Assembly: GCA_963792415.1 (NCBI GenBank)
Contig: CAWBVY010000005.1
Location: 57,889 to 121,888 of the forward strand
DNA length: 64,000 nt
DNA from: Candidatus Deferrimicrobiaceae bacterium
Lineage (GTDB): Bacteria > Desulfobacterota > Deferrimicrobia > Deferrimicrobiales > Deferrimicrobiaceae
Direction of reading: 5' to 3'
Position 1 is the first letter of the stretch. Each line of letters opens with the position of its first letter. A program made the position numbers and the translations under genes. The notes under the pieces are model-generated. The model was not told the origin of the DNA. It worked only from the letters and a program-made list of their open reading frames with translations, and searched no databases. Positions 23,053 to 33,895 of the stretch are shown one piece after another.

Positions 23053-24149
23053 CGCCGCTCCTCCGCTGTGATTTCGAGGTCCGTGCCGATCCGGCGGACC
23101 GAGGTGAACGCGAGGCGTCTCCCTTCGGTCGGCGACCGGCTCGCCCATCCCGACACGGCGCGGACCCCTTCGCCCAGGAGCAGGGGCGCGACGAAGACGA
23201 CGTACCGGTCGATCGCGCTTTCGGACGCGAGCCAGCCTGCGGTCCGGGCGCCCCCCTCGACCAGGAGGGAGGTCACGCCTTCCGCCCCGAGGGCGGCCAG
23301 GAAATCGCGCGCGCGAACGGTTCCGCCGCGGGCGGGGAGCCGGAGCACCACGGCCCCTGCGTCCCGGACAACCCGCAGGTCGCGCTCCGGAACGCCTTTC
23401 GGGCAGGCGACGATCACCTGCCCGCCAGGCTCGCGAAAGACCGTCCCGCGGGCAAGTTCCGCGGGGCGCGACGTGAGGATCACCCTCCGGGGGTCGTGCC
23501 CCCCGGGAACGCGGGCGGTAAGGAGCGGATCGTCCCGACGCGCCGTTTTCCCCCCCACGAGCACGGCGTCGGCCTCCGACCGCATCCGGTGCACGCGCCG
23601 ACGCGCCGGCTCGCCGGTGATCCACCGGGAATCCCCGCCGGCGGCCGCGATCTGCCCGTCGAGGGAGACGGCCAGCTTCAGCGTGACGAACGGCTTCCCC
23701 GAAACGACCCAGCGGCAGAAACCGCGGTTGAGTTCCCGCGCCTCGGCCTCCATCGGCCCGCGGTGCACGACGAGGCCCGCGTCGCGCAGCCGCCCTGCGC
23801 CGCGGCCGGAAACGGCCGGGTTGGGGTCGTCCATCGCGTACGCCACCCGCGCGATCCCCGACGCCAGGATCGCCGCGGTGCACGGCCCCGTGCGGCCGCG
23901 GTGGTCGCACGGCTCGAGCGTCACGTACAGGTCCGCTCCCCGCGCCGTGCTCCCCGCCACCCGCAGCGCCTCGATCTCGGCGTGGGGAAGTCCCGCGGCG
24001 CGGTGATACCCTTCCCCCACGACGCGTCCTCCCCGCACGACCACCGCGCCGACCGCCGGGTTGGGCGCGGTGCGGCCGGCCCCTTTCCGGGCGAGTCGCA
24101 GCGCCCTCCGCATGAACCCGATGCCGGGGAACTCCGGACGGGTCGTCAT
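23034..24149 (-). CDS. ribD: Riboflavin biosynthesis deaminase/reductase RibD
   Basis: PNPAVG, HAE, TLEPC...PC, SLDG, VEGG. Confidence 0.95.
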   Translation of the reverse strand: MTTRPEFPGIGFMRRALRLARKGAGRTAPNPAVGAVVVRGGRVVGEGYHRAAGLPHAEIEALRVAGSTARGADLYVTLEPCDHRGRTGPCTAAILASGIARVAYAMDDPNPAVSGRGAGRLRDAGLVVHRGPMEAEARELNRGFCRWVVSGKPFVTLKLAVSLDGQIAAAGGDSRWITGEPARRRVHRMRSEADAVLVGGKTARRDDPLLTARVPGGHDPRRVILTSRPAELARGTVFREPGGQVIVACPKGVPERDLRVVRDAGAVVLRLPARGGTVRARDFLAALGAEGVTSLLVEGGARTAGWLASESAIDRYVVFVAPLLLGEGVRAVSGWASRSPTEGRRLAFTSVRRIGTDLEITAEERRCSPES

Positions 24150-24622
24150 GACTTCGTCGTTCGGCCTGGTGGCTCGGAGATGAGGGTCTTGATCTCCTCG
24201 ACGAACTGGCTCACGTCCTTGAACTGCCGGTACACCGAGGCGAATCGGACGTACGCCACGTCGTCCACCTGGAGCAGCTTCGACATCACCCGTTCGCCGA
24301 TCCGGATCGTGGAGATCTCCTTCTCGGCGCCGGACTGGAATTCCTGTTCGAGGGATTCCACGAGGTGTTCGATGGTGTCTGCGCTTACGGGCCGCTTTTC
24401 GCACGCCTTTCGGATGCCGGAGAGGATCTTCTGGCGGTCGTACGGCTCGCGCCGGCCGTCCCGCTTCACGACGAGGGGAAGCTCCTCCTCGATCCGCTCG
24501 TAGGTGGTGAACCGCCGCGCGCAGGAGAGGCACTCCCTCCTGCGCCGTATGACGTCGCCGTCCTTGCCCGCCCGGGAATCGACCACCTTGTTGTCCACGT
24601 GGCCGCACCGGGGGCATTTCAT
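24146..24622 (-). CDS. nrdR: Transcriptional repressor NrdR
   Basis: [31 protein letters not shown]. Confidence 0.97.
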   Translation of the reverse strand: MKCPRCGHVDNKVVDSRAGKDGDVIRRRRECLSCARRFTTYERIEEELPLVVKRDGRREPYDRQKILSGIRKACEKRPVSADTIEHLVESLEQEFQSGAEKEISTIRIGERVMSKLLQVDDVAYVRFASVYRQFKDVSQFVEEIKTLISEPPGRTTKS

Positions 24623-25098
24623 GGGGAGGGATCCGCGAGCTTCAGGAGCTCCATGCCGACCTCGTCGAGCATCTCCCGCGTCAGGGTGTCGCTGTACCCC
24701 TCGAGATAGATGATCCGGCGGACGCCGGCGTTGATCAGCATCTTCGCGCAGATGATGCAGGGAAGGTTCGTGCAGTACAGGTGGGCGCCCTGGATCGAGA
24801 CGCCGTGGTACGCGGCCTGGATGATCGCGTTCTGCTCTGCGTGCAGGCCCCGGCACAGCTCGTGGCGCTCCCCCGAGGGGACCTTGAGCCGCTCGCGGAG
24901 GCACCCGACGACCTCGCAGTGCGTGACCCCGGAGGGGACCCCGTTGTACCCCGTCGCCAGGAGCCGGCGGTCCTTCACCAGGACCGCGCCGACCGCACGC
25001 CGCAGGCACGACGAGCGCCGGGCGGCGAGCTTCGCCATGTCCATGAAATAGGTGTCCCAGTCGGGACGGGTCCGCGCCGCCGCCGGCAACGCGCTCAC
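24619..25098 (-). CDS. dCMP deaminase (ComEB family)
   Basis: [25 protein letters not shown]. Confidence 0.9.
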   Translation of the reverse strand: MSALPAAARTRPDWDTYFMDMAKLAARRSSCLRRAVGAVLVKDRRLLATGYNGVPSGVTHCEVVGCLRERLKVPSGERHELCRGLHAEQNAIIQAAYHGVSIQGAHLYCTNLPCIICAKMLINAGVRRIIYLEGYSDTLTREMLDEVGMELLKLADPSP

Positions 25099-26849
25099 CC
25101 CTTCGCGTACGCCCCGAGACGCGAGGCGTAGAGAGGGAAGGCGTCACAAAGCGCGCGCACCTCCGTCTCCACCCGCCGCTGCACGGAGGCGTCCGAGGGA
25201 GCGGCGAGAACGTCGGCGATCAGGTTGCCGATCCGTTCCATCTCCTTTTCCTTCATCCCGCGGGTGGTGACCGCGGGCGTCCCGATGCGGATCCCGCTGG
25301 TGACGAACGGGCTCCGCGTCTCGAAGGGGACCGTGTTCTTGTTGACCGTGATCCCCACGTGCTCCAGCGCCCCTTCCCCCTCTTTCCCCGTCAGCGGGGT
25401 GTCCTTCAGGTTGACCAGCATCAGGTGGTTGTCCGTCCCGCCGGAGACGAGCCGGTATCCGCGGGCGAGGAGGGTCTTCGCCATCGCCGCCGCGTTGCGG
25501 ACGATCTGCGCCTGGTACTCCCTGAAGGCGGGGGTCGTCGCCTCCTTCAGCGCCACGGCCTTCGCGGCGATCACGTGCATCAGCGGGCCGCCCTGGCTCC
25601 CCGGGAAGATGGCCGAATCGAGCTTCTTCGCGAACTCCTGCCGGCACAGGATCAGCCCGGAGCGGGGTCCGCGCAGCGTCTTGTGGGTCGTGGTCGTGAC
25701 GAATTCGCAATACGGAACCGGGCTGGGGTGCAGCCCGACGGCGACCATCCCCGCGATGTGCGCGATGTCGGCCATCACCATGCAGCCCGCCTCGTCGGCG
25801 ATCCTGCGGAACGCCGGGAAGTCGATCGTCCGGGGGTAGGCGGAGGCGCCCACGACGATCAGCTTCGGCCGGTGCTTCAGGGCGAGGTCGCGGACCTGGT
25901 CGAAGTCGATCGTCTCGGTGTCTTCCCGCACGCCGTACGGAACCACGTTGTAGAGCTTCCCCGAGAAGTTCACGGGGCTTCCGTGCGTGAGGTGGCCGCC
26001 GTGGGAGAGGTTCATCCCCAGCATCGTGTCGCCCGGGCTCATCACGGTGAAGTAGACGGCCATGTTCGCCTGGGAGCCGGCGTGGGGCTGCACGTTGGCG
26101 TGCTCGGCGCCGAAGATCTTCTTCGCCCGCTCGATCGCCAGCGACTCGGCCTGGTCCACGAACTCGCACCCGCCGTAGTAGCGCTTCCCGGGGTACCCCT
26201 CGGCGTACTTGTTCGTCAGCACGGACCCGGTGGCCTCGAGGACCGCCTCGCTCACGAAGTTCTCGGAGGCGATCAGCTCGAGCGTGTGCGCCTGCCGTTC
26301 GGTCTCCCTGCGGATGATGTCGTGGATCTCGGGATCGGTCTCTTTCAGGAAGGACATGGGCGCCTCTCCGTATGAGGCCGGCGGGGGGCCGGCCGGGATG
26401 GTCTTCTCGATGCCGCGGATCTTCTCGAGCCGCGCGGTGTGCCTTCCCGCCTCGAACGGTTCCGACAGGAAGATGCGCAGCCGCCGCGCCCCGTCGTCCG
26501 GGGACATGGTGCGCGCGCCGAAGACGGCCACGTTCGCGTCGTTGTGCAGACGGGAGAACCGCGCCGCCGTGTCGTCGTAGAGGACCGCGGCGCGGACCCC
26601 GGGGAACCTGTTGGCCGCGATCGACATTCCGATGCCGGTCCCGCAGACGAGCACGCCGACATCCGCGGCCCCGGTGGAGACCCGCCCGGCAACCGCCGCG
26701 GCGTAGTCCGGATAGTCCACCGATTCCCCGGAGACGGTCCCGAGGTCCTCCGCGGAAATCCCGAGGTCCGCCATCGCTTCCCGCAGGCGGCGCTTCATCT
26801 CGACGCCCGCATGATCGGAGGCGATGACGGCGCGGCGTGGGAGCGGCAT
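25095..26849 (-). CDS. glyA: RpiB-GlyA in-frame fusion (serine hydroxymethyltransferase part 25095-26357)
   Basis: N-terminal RpiB motifs SDHAG, DYPD, CGTGIG, RLHND; C-terminal SHMT motifs [28 protein letters not shown]; no stop between them. Confidence 0.9.
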   Translation of the reverse strand: MPLPRRAVIASDHAGVEMKRRLREAMADLGISAEDLGTVSGESVDYPDYAAAVAGRVSTGAADVGVLVCGTGIGMSIAANRFPGVRAAVLYDDTAARFSRLHNDANVAVFGARTMSPDDGARRLRIFLSEPFEAGRHTARLEKIRGIEKTIPAGPPPASYGEAPMSFLKETDPEIHDIIRRETERQAHTLELIASENFVSEAVLEATGSVLTNKYAEGYPGKRYYGGCEFVDQAESLAIERAKKIFGAEHANVQPHAGSQANMAVYFTVMSPGDTMLGMNLSHGGHLTHGSPVNFSGKLYNVVPYGVREDTETIDFDQVRDLALKHRPKLIVVGASAYPRTIDFPAFRRIADEAGCMVMADIAHIAGMVAVGLHPSPVPYCEFVTTTTHKTLRGPRSGLILCRQEFAKKLDSAIFPGSQGGPLMHVIAAKAVALKEATTPAFREYQAQIVRNAAAMAKTLLARGYRLVSGGTDNHLMLVNLKDTPLTGKEGEGALEHVGITVNKNTVPFETRSPFVTSGIRIGTPAVTTRGMKEKEMERIGNLIADVLAAPSDASVQRRVETEVRALCDAFPLYASRLGAYAKG

Positions 26850-26856
26850 CCCGGGG

Positions 26857-28095
26857 CTACGCCTCGAAACGGCCGAACAGAAGGACCGAGTTCGTTCCCC
26901 CGAAGCCGAACGAGTTGGACATGGCGTACCGGATCGCCTGGCGGCGCGACGCGTTGGGAACGTAGTCGAGGTCGCACTCGGGGTCCGGCGTCGTGTAGTT
27001 CATCGTGGGCGGGATCACCCCCTCCCGCAGCGCGAGGGCGCAGAACATCCCTTCGATCGCCCCCGATGCCCCGAGGAGATGCCCCGTCATCGACTTGGAC
27101 GAACTGACGGCGATCGACTTCGCCCGGTCGCCGAAGACGGTCTTGATCGCCATCGTCTCGTACAGATCGTTATAGGGCGTAGAGGTGCCGTGCGCGTTGA
27201 TGTAGTCGATCGCGGAGGCGGGAACCCCGGCGTCCGCCAGGGCCGCCGTCATGGCGCGCACCGCCCCTTCCCCGCCGGGAGCCGGCGCCGTGACGTGGTG
27301 GGCGTCGGCCGATGCGCCGTACCCTACCAGCTCCGCGTAGATCTTCGCCCCACGGTTCCGGGCGCGCTCCAGTTCCTCGAGGATCAGGATCGTCGACCCT
27401 TCTCCCATGACGAAGCCGTCACGGTCCTTGTCGAAGGGGCGAGAAGCGGCGCCGGGATCGTCGTTCCGGTTGGAGAGGGCCTTCATGGAGCAGAACCCGC
27501 CCAGCCCGAGCGGTGTGATCGTCGCCTCGGCGCCGCCCGCGATCACCACGTCGCACACCCCGCTGCGGATCGCGTGCATCCCCTCGCCGGTCGCGTGGCT
27601 GGAGGCCGCGCACGCCGTCGACATGGCGATGTTCGGACCCTTGGCCCCGTACCGCATCGCGATGTGGCCGGGGGCGAGGTTGGAGATGAGCATCGTGATG
27701 AAGAAGGGGCTGATCTTCCTCGGCCCGCCCTCGATGTACCCCTCGTGGTACCGCTCGAGGGTGGAAAGCCCGCCCAGCCCGCTTCCCATGTAGACGCCCA
27801 CCTTCGGCGCCAGCGCGCCGTCGATCACCAGACCCGCGTCCTCCATGGCCATGTGCGCCGACGCCATGGCGTAGTGGATGAACGGGTCCATCCGCTTGAT
27901 CTCTTTCCTGTCGATGAACTGCTCCGGGTCGAACCCCTTCACCTCTGCCGCGATGGTCGTGGAAAAATCCTTCGCGTCGAACCGCGTGATCGGCCCGACC
28001 CCCGACGTGCCGGCGAGAAGCGCGTCCCACGTGCTCCGGACACCCACGCCAAGGGGGGTCACCGCCCCCAGACCCGTGACAACCACTCTGCGCAT
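26857..28095 (-). CDS. fabF: Beta-ketoacyl-ACP synthase II
   Basis: [31 protein letters not shown]. Confidence 0.96.
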   Translation of the reverse strand: MRRVVVTGLGAVTPLGVGVRSTWDALLAGTSGVGPITRFDAKDFSTTIAAEVKGFDPEQFIDRKEIKRMDPFIHYAMASAHMAMEDAGLVIDGALAPKVGVYMGSGLGGLSTLERYHEGYIEGGPRKISPFFITMLISNLAPGHIAMRYGAKGPNIAMSTACAASSHATGEGMHAIRSGVCDVVIAGGAEATITPLGLGGFCSMKALSNRNDDPGAASRPFDKDRDGFVMGEGSTILILEELERARNRGAKIYAELVGYGASADAHHVTAPAPGGEGAVRAMTAALADAGVPASAIDYINAHGTSTPYNDLYETMAIKTVFGDRAKSIAVSSSKSMTGHLLGASGAIEGMFCALALREGVIPPTMNYTTPDPECDLDYVPNASRRQAIRYAMSNSFGFGGTNSVLLFGRFEA

Positions 28096-28141
28096 GTCGT
28101 TCCTTCCGCCCGCGCCCCCTGCGATCGGGGGCCCGCCCGGG

Positions 28142-28375
28142 CTATTTCTTGTGCGTCGTGATGTACTTGACCACGTCGTTGACGGTCTTGATCTTCTCGG
28201 CTTCCTCGTCGGGGATCTCGATCCCGAACTCCTCCTCCATCTTCATCACCAGCTCGACGACGTCGAGGGAGTCGGCCCCCAGGTCGTCGATCAGCGACGC
28301 CGTGTTGGTGACCTCGTTCACGTCACGCTCCAGTTGCTCCGCCACGATCTCGCGAACACGCTGTTCTACCGCCAT
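28142..28375 (-). CDS. acpP: Acyl carrier protein
   Basis: [18 protein letters not shown]. Confidence 0.97.
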   Translation of the reverse strand: MAVEQRVREIVAEQLERDVNEVTNTASLIDDLGADSLDVVELVMKMEEEFGIEIPDEEAEKIKTVNDVVKYITTHKK

Positions 28376-28419
28376 TTTATTCCCTCCCTTTCCTTTGATC
28401 TGCGCTCGTCGAATCTGCG

Positions 28420-29163
28420 CTATGTGTACATCCCGCCGTTGATGCCAACCACCTGCCCGGTGATGTAGGACGACGCGTCGGAGGCCAGGAAAAGGGCCAG
28501 CTCCGCCACCTCCCGGGGCTCCGCGAACCGGCCGAGCGGAATCTGGGCCAGGAACGCCTTCTGCACCGCTTCGGGAAGCGCCGCCGTCATCGCGGTCTGT
28601 ATGAACCCCGGGGCGATCGCGTTGACCGTGATGTTCCGGGACGCCAATTCCCGGGCGATGGCCTTCGTGAAGCCGATGATCCCCGCCTTCGCCGCCGCGT
28701 AATTCGACTGGCCGGCGTTCCCCATCATGCCGACCACCGAACTGATGTTGACGACCTTCCCGCTGCGCTGCTTCATCATGTGCCGGGTGACCGTCTTCGT
28801 CAGGAGGTAGGTCCCCTTGAGGTTGACGCGGAGGACCGCGTCGAACTCCTCCTCCGTCATCCGCAGGAGGAGGTTGTCCCGGGTGATCCCGGCGTTGTTC
28901 ACGAGGACGTCGATCCGGCCGTGCGTTGCCAGGATGTTCTTCACCCCGGCGTCCACCTGCCCCGCGTCGGAGACGTCGAACATCTCCACGGATCCCTTGC
29001 CGCCGCCCGCCTCGAGCACCGCCAGCGTTTCGCGCGCGCCGGCGTCGCTTCCGACGTCGTTCACGACGACGGTCGCCCCCTCGGCGCAGAACAGCTCGGC
29101 GATCGACCGGCCGATCCCCCGCGCGGAGCCTGTGACCAGCGCCACCTTCCCGGAAAGCCGCAT
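28420..29163 (-). CDS. fabG: 3-oxoacyl-ACP reductase
   Basis: [21 protein letters not shown]. Confidence 0.95.
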   Translation of the reverse strand: MRLSGKVALVTGSARGIGRSIAELFCAEGATVVVNDVGSDAGARETLAVLEAGGGKGSVEMFDVSDAGQVDAGVKNILATHGRIDVLVNNAGITRDNLLLRMTEEEFDAVLRVNLKGTYLLTKTVTRHMMKQRSGKVVNISSVVGMMGNAGQSNYAAAKAGIIGFTKAIARELASRNITVNAIAPGFIQTAMTAALPEAVQKAFLAQIPLGRFAEPREVAELALFLASDASSYITGQVVGINGGMYT

Positions 29164-29229
29164 CCCCATCCCTCCCATCTTACCCCGTATTCTTACCTTT
29201 TCCCGGTACCCCGGTTCCAGCGAAAAACG

Positions 29230-30162
29230 TCAGCGGGACAACCCCCGCGCCCCGTCGAGGTCCGCCGGACCGCAGAAGACCGCCGTCGGCGCGTCCTTTT
29301 CGATCCGGCGGAGGAGCCCCGTGAGGACCTTTCCCGGCCCCACCTCCAGGAACGCGTCGGCCCCCGCGGCACGCATCGCCGTGACCGATTCCTCCCAGCG
29401 GACCGGAGCGGTGATCTGGCGGACCAGCATGTCGGCGACGACGTCGCCCGCCCCGTACGGAGCCGCCGTCACGTTCGCCACCACCGGGAACGCGAACGGC
29501 CCCTGCGGGATCGCCCGCAGCTCCGGCGCGAGCCGGTCCGCCGCGGGACGCATCAAGGCGCAATGGAACGGGGCGCTCACGGGGAGCGGGAGGGCCCGCT
29601 TCGCCCCGGCCGCCTTCGCCGCCTCGCACGCCGCCGCGACCGCCTTCGCCTCCCCCGAGATCACGATCTGGCCGCCGCCGTTGAAGTTCGCCGGCGATAC
29701 GACGCCGTGCGCCGCGCCCACCCGGCACGCCTCCCCTGCCTGCTCCGGGGAAAGACCGAGGATCGCCGCCATCGCGCCCTCCCCCACCGGGACGGCTTCC
29801 TGCATGTATTTTCCGCGCGACCGCAGGACCCGGACCGCCTCCGCGAAGGGGAGCGCCCCGGCCGCGACCAGCGCCGAGTATTCCCCGAGGGAGTGGCCCG
29901 CCGCGCAGGCGGGACGCACCCCGGTTTCCTCCGCGAGGACCCGGAAGGCGGCCACGCTCACGGTGAAGATCGCCGGCTGCGTATTCTCCGTCCTCCGGAG
30001 TTCTTCCTCGGATCCCAGAAAACAGAGGGCCGCCATGTCCCGCGACAGCGCTTCGGACGCCTCCTCGAAGGTCCGCCGGGCGACCGGGTACGCGTCGTGA
30101 AGATCCTTTCCCATCCCCGGGAACTGCGACGCCTGCCCCGGAAAGAGGAGCCCGACCCCCAT
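29230..30162 (-). CDS. fabD: Malonyl-CoA:ACP transacylase
   Basis: FPGQ, GHSLGEYSA, SAPFH, EVGPG. Confidence 0.96.
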   Translation of the reverse strand: MGVGLLFPGQASQFPGMGKDLHDAYPVARRTFEEASEALSRDMAALCFLGSEEELRRTENTQPAIFTVSVAAFRVLAEETGVRPACAAGHSLGEYSALVAAGALPFAEAVRVLRSRGKYMQEAVPVGEGAMAAILGLSPEQAGEACRVGAAHGVVSPANFNGGGQIVISGEAKAVAAACEAAKAAGAKRALPLPVSAPFHCALMRPAADRLAPELRAIPQGPFAFPVVANVTAAPYGAGDVVADMLVRQITAPVRWEESVTAMRAAGADAFLEVGPGKVLTGLLRRIEKDAPTAVFCGPADLDGARGLSR

Positions 30163-30171
30163 GGTCCCCCC

Positions 30172-31149
30172 CTACATCCGCATCAGGGCGGAGGCCCAGG
30201 TGAGCCCCCCCCCGAAGGCGACGACGAGCACGAGGTCCCCGGCGGCGAACCGTGCCTGCGCCTTCGCTTCCGCGAGCGCGATCGGGATGGAGGCGGCGGA
30301 GGTGTTCCCGTACTGCTCGAGGTCGATGAAGACCCGCTCTTCGGGGATCCCGAGACGCTTCCCGACGACCTGGATGATGCGCAGGTTCGCCTGGTGCGGG
30401 ATGAAGAGCTTCACGTCGTCGATGGTGACCCCGTTCCGGTCCAGCGCCTCGCGGGAAACCTCGACCATCCGGAGAACGGCGTGTTTGAACGTCTCGTTCC
30501 CCGCCATCCGGATGAAGCCAAGCCGCTGTTCCACCATCTCGGGGGAGTACGGATGCAGCGTTCCGCCCCCCGGCAATTGGATCAGATTCCAGAGGTTGCC
30601 GTCGGAGTGCAGGTGGCAGCTGAGGACCCCCTCCCCTTCCGGGCATTCGGAGAGGACGACCGCCCCCGCGCCGTCGCCGAAAAGGATGCAGGTGGACCGG
30701 TCGGTGTAGTCGACCACCGAGGAAAGGATCTCGGAGCCGACCACGAGGGCCTTCTTCCCCCGGCCCGCCCGGATCAGCGCATCGGTCACCGACAGGGCGT
30801 AGACGAACCCCGAACAGGCGGCGGAGAGGTCCATGCCGTAGGCCCGCGTCGCCCCGATCTTCGCCTGGACAAAGCACGCGGTCGCCGGGAACGGCATGTC
30901 GGGCGTCAGCGTCCCGACGATCACGATGTCGAGCTCCGCCGGGTCGACGCCCGCGTCATCGAGCGCTTTCCGGGCCGCCTCGACGCAGAGGTCGGAATTC
31001 GGCGTCCCCGGCTCCGCGATGTGGCGGCCCCGGATCCCGGTGCGCTCCGTGATCCACGCGTCGTTCGTGTCGACGATCTTTTCGAGGTCGAGATTGGTCA
31101 ACACTTTCGGCGGGGCGTACATCCCCACCCCGATGATTTTCGATGCCAA
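30172..31149 (-). CDS. fabH: Beta-ketoacyl-ACP synthase III
   Basis: AACSGF, FGDGAGA, PHQAN, GNTSAAS; TTG start with strong SD. Confidence 0.96.
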   Translation of the reverse strand: MASKIIGVGMYAPPKVLTNLDLEKIVDTNDAWITERTGIRGRHIAEPGTPNSDLCVEAARKALDDAGVDPAELDIVIVGTLTPDMPFPATACFVQAKIGATRAYGMDLSAACSGFVYALSVTDALIRAGRGKKALVVGSEILSSVVDYTDRSTCILFGDGAGAVVLSECPEGEGVLSCHLHSDGNLWNLIQLPGGGTLHPYSPEMVEQRLGFIRMAGNETFKHAVLRMVEVSREALDRNGVTIDDVKLFIPHQANLRIIQVVGKRLGIPEERVFIDLEQYGNTSAASIPIALAEAKAQARFAAGDLVLVVAFGGGLTWASALMRM

Positions 31150-31172
31150 TGCTTCCCCCCCCTTTGATCGTC

Positions 31173-32195
31173 TTACGGAATCGCCGGCGTGCCTGCCGCC
31201 GCGTGCCCCCGCGCCGCGATGGACCGGGCGATCTCGACGTCCACCGCGCAGCGCGCCAGGGAGCCGGCGGCCCGGATCCCGTTCTTGATCGCCCGCATGC
31301 TGGACGACCCGTGGCAGATGAAGATACCGCCCCGCACCCCCAGGAGCGGGGCGCCGCCGTACTCCTCGTAGTCGAGCCGGTCCTTGACCCCCCGGAGCGC
31401 GCGCTCCGCGAGCAGGGCGCCCACCTTCGCCATGCGGGACTTGCCGATCTCCTCTTTCAGGAACTGGCCGAGGGCCGTCGCCATCCCCTCCATCGTCTTG
31501 ATCGCGACGTTCCCGACGAACCCGTCGCAGACGAAGACATCGGCCTTCCCGGCGAAGAAGTCCCGCCCCTCGACGTTCCCGACGAAATTCAGTCCCGTGC
31601 GGCGGAACAGCTCGCACGTGTCCCGCGTGAGGTCCGTCCCCTTCGAATCCTCCGCGCCGATGCTGACGACCCCGACGCGCGGTCGGGGGATCCCCAGGAT
31701 CATCCGGGAGTACACCTCGCCCATGTACCCGAACTGCAGAAGGTGGGCAGGCCTGGACTCGACGTTCGCGCCGGCGTCGACGAGGACCACCGGACCGTGG
31801 GGGGTGGGGATGGTCGCCGCGATCGCGGGGCGGTCCACGCCGTGAATCTTCTTCAGGATCAGGAACCCGCCCGCCATCACCGCGCCGGAGTTTCCCGCGC
31901 TGACGAAGGAGGACGCCTTCCCGTCGGCGACAAGGCGAAGCCCGACGCGGATCGAGGAATTCCGTTTCTTCCGGAGGGCGATGGCGGGGATGTCGCACAT
32001 CTCCACGACTTCGGAGGCGTGCAGCACTTCGATGTCGGCGCCGGAAACGTCGATCTCGCTCAATTCCGAGCGGATCCGCTCCTCCTGGCCGACCAGGATC
32101 AGGGAGAGGTCGTTGGAACGGGCCGACTCGACCGCTCCGCGCACGATCTCGCGCGGGGCGTGATCCCCCCCCATCGCATCGACGGCGATTTTCAT
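31173..32195 (-). CDS. plsX: Phosphate acyltransferase PlsX
   Basis: MKIAVDAMGGDHAP, SAGNSGA, DGFVGN, YGGAPLLG. Confidence 0.96.
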   Translation of the reverse strand: MKIAVDAMGGDHAPREIVRGAVESARSNDLSLILVGQEERIRSELSEIDVSGADIEVLHASEVVEMCDIPAIALRKKRNSSIRVGLRLVADGKASSFVSAGNSGAVMAGGFLILKKIHGVDRPAIAATIPTPHGPVVLVDAGANVESRPAHLLQFGYMGEVYSRMILGIPRPRVGVVSIGAEDSKGTDLTRDTCELFRRTGLNFVGNVEGRDFFAGKADVFVCDGFVGNVAIKTMEGMATALGQFLKEEIGKSRMAKVGALLAERALRGVKDRLDYEEYGGAPLLGVRGGIFICHGSSSMRAIKNGIRAAGSLARCAVDVEIARSIAARGHAAAGTPAIP

Positions 32196-32211
32196 CGGAT
32201 GGAAGAGGGTG

Positions 32212-32394
32212 TCAGTCTTCGGATTTTGCGATGACTTCCCGACCCTTGTAGGTCCCGCACGTCGGGCAGACGGCATGGGGGCGCTTGGTCGCCTTGCACT
32301 GCGGGCAGATGCTGACCGCCGGCTGGGTCAGCTTCTTGTGCGTGCGCCGCTTGTCCCGGCGGCACTTCGATCCGCGTCGTTTCGGATTCGGCAT
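32212..32394 (-). CDS. rpmF: 50S ribosomal protein L32
   Basis: PNPKRR...CPQC...HAVCPTCGTYKGR. Confidence 0.95.
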   Translation of the reverse strand: MPNPKRRGSKCRRDKRRTHKKLTQPAVSICPQCKATKRPHAVCPTCGTYKGREVIAKSED

Positions 32395-32397
32395 GGC

Positions 32398-32940
32398 TTA
32401 CTCCTTTTTCCCTTTCAGGTTCTTGAGAATTTCGAACGGGCCCGCAGCGTGCCCCGCGACGCAGGAGCACTCCTCCAGGTTCCGGTTCTTCCCGCACACG
32501 GGGCAGACCCCGCGGCACGCCTCGGAACAGACGATCTTCAACGGGAGCTCGAGGCCCACCTGCTCCCACAGGATGTCGTTCGTCTCGACCCCCGTGCCGT
32601 CATAATACCCGACATCGAGGTCTTCCTCGTGAAGTTCGACCGATCCGGCGGCGGCCCGATCCCTGCTCTTCGGCGTCAGGATCGTCTGGAACGCCTTCCC
32701 GAGCCGGAGCGTCACCGGTTCGGAACAACGGTCGCAAAAGCCTTCCCCCTGCGCTTCGAACGACCCCTCGATCCAGACGTCGCCGCTCTCGACCGTCAGG
32801 AGAAGGTCCGCGTCGACCAGCCGCAGCTCCCGCAACGGGGCGGGGTCCATCCCTTCGAGAACGCGGGGGATCGACGCCTTTCCCCGGGAAGCGAACACGT
32901 CCAGTCCGCCCCCGGGAATCTCGGACACCCGGATGTACAA
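32398..32940 (-). CDS. yceD: DUF177/YceD family protein
   Basis: CDRC, C.EACRGVCPVCGKNRN..C.C; upstream of rpmF. Confidence 0.88.
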   Translation of the reverse strand: MYIRVSEIPGGGLDVFASRGKASIPRVLEGMDPAPLRELRLVDADLLLTVESGDVWIEGSFEAQGEGFCDRCSEPVTLRLGKAFQTILTPKSRDRAAAGSVELHEEDLDVGYYDGTGVETNDILWEQVGLELPLKIVCSEACRGVCPVCGKNRNLEECSCVAGHAAGPFEILKNLKGKKE

Positions 32941-32970
32941 GCGCGAATTCCCTCGTAAAGTAAAAGAGAT

Positions 32971-32999
32971 ACTATAGGCATCGCCCCCCCCGCTGTCAA
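32971..32999 (-). promoter_or_regulatory. Sigma70 promoter of the yceD-rpmF-plsX-fab operon
   Basis: TTGACA (32999-32994), 17 bp, TATAGT (32976-32971). Confidence 0.75.
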
Positions 33000-33035
33000 T
33001 CGTCAAATACCCGTCATCCGTTGTATCATAGGGTC

Positions 33036-33839
33036 ATGAAGCGGAATCCCGCCGTCTCCGGACAGTTCTACCCCGGGACCCCCTCCGGCCTTTCCCGGGC
33101 GCTCCTCGGGCTCACCCGGGAGGTCGAGGCGCCGGAGCCGGCGATCGGGGTCGTATCCCCTCACGCGGGATACGTCTATTCGGGAGCGGTGGCGGGGGAA
33201 GTCTTCTCCTCCGTCCGGGTGCCCGGCACGGCCGTGATCTTCTGCCCCAACCACACCGGGATCGGGGAGGATGCCGCCATCATGTCGCGCGGCGCCTGGC
33301 GGATGCCGTGGGGGGACGTCCCCGTCGACGAGGAGCTCGCCGCCCGCCTCGAAACCGCCTGTCCCCTCCTGCGGGAAGACGCGTCTGCCCATTCCCGGGA
33401 ACACGCGATCGAGGTCCAGCTTCCGTTTCTTCACCGGTTCCGGCCGGACGTGCGCATCGTCCCCGTCGCCCTCGGACGGCTCTCGCTCGAGGAGTGCCGG
33501 AACCTCGGGGAGAGCGTGGCGGACGCGATCGCGGGAGGCCCCGAGCGTCCGCTGCTGGTCGCCAGCTCCGACATGTCGCACTATGTTCCCGACGCCGTCG
33601 CGCGAAAGAAGGACAAGATGGCGATCGACCGGATGCTGGCCCTGGACCCCGAGGGACTCTACGCGACCGTCCGCGCCGAGCGGATCTCGATGTGCGGGGT
33701 GATCCCGGCCACGGTCGTCCTCTTCGCCGCCCGCCGCCTTGGCGCGACGTCGGCCCGTCTGATAAGATACGCCACCTCCGGCGACGTCAGCCGGGATTTC
33801 GAACAGGTGGTCGGGTACGCGGGACTCGCCTTCCGCTGA
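33036..33839 (+). CDS. AmmeMemoRadiSam system protein B (MEMO1 family)
   Basis: PAVSGQFYP, PHAGYVYSG, PNH, EHAIEVQLPF, SSDMSHY, MCG, VGYAG. Confidence 0.92.
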   Translation: MKRNPAVSGQFYPGTPSGLSRALLGLTREVEAPEPAIGVVSPHAGYVYSGAVAGEVFSSVRVPGTAVIFCPNHTGIGEDAAIMSRGAWRMPWGDVPVDEELAARLETACPLLREDASAHSREHAIEVQLPFLHRFRPDVRIVPVALGRLSLEECRNLGESVADAIAGGPERPLLVASSDMSHYVPDAVARKKDKMAIDRMLALDPEGLYATVRAERISMCGVIPATVVLFAARRLGATSARLIRYATSGDVSRDFEQVVGYAGLAFR

Positions 33840-33895
33840 GTCCCCCCTTTTTCGTCCCGTCCGCCGGATCCGATCGCCCGAATCGAGGACCTTCC

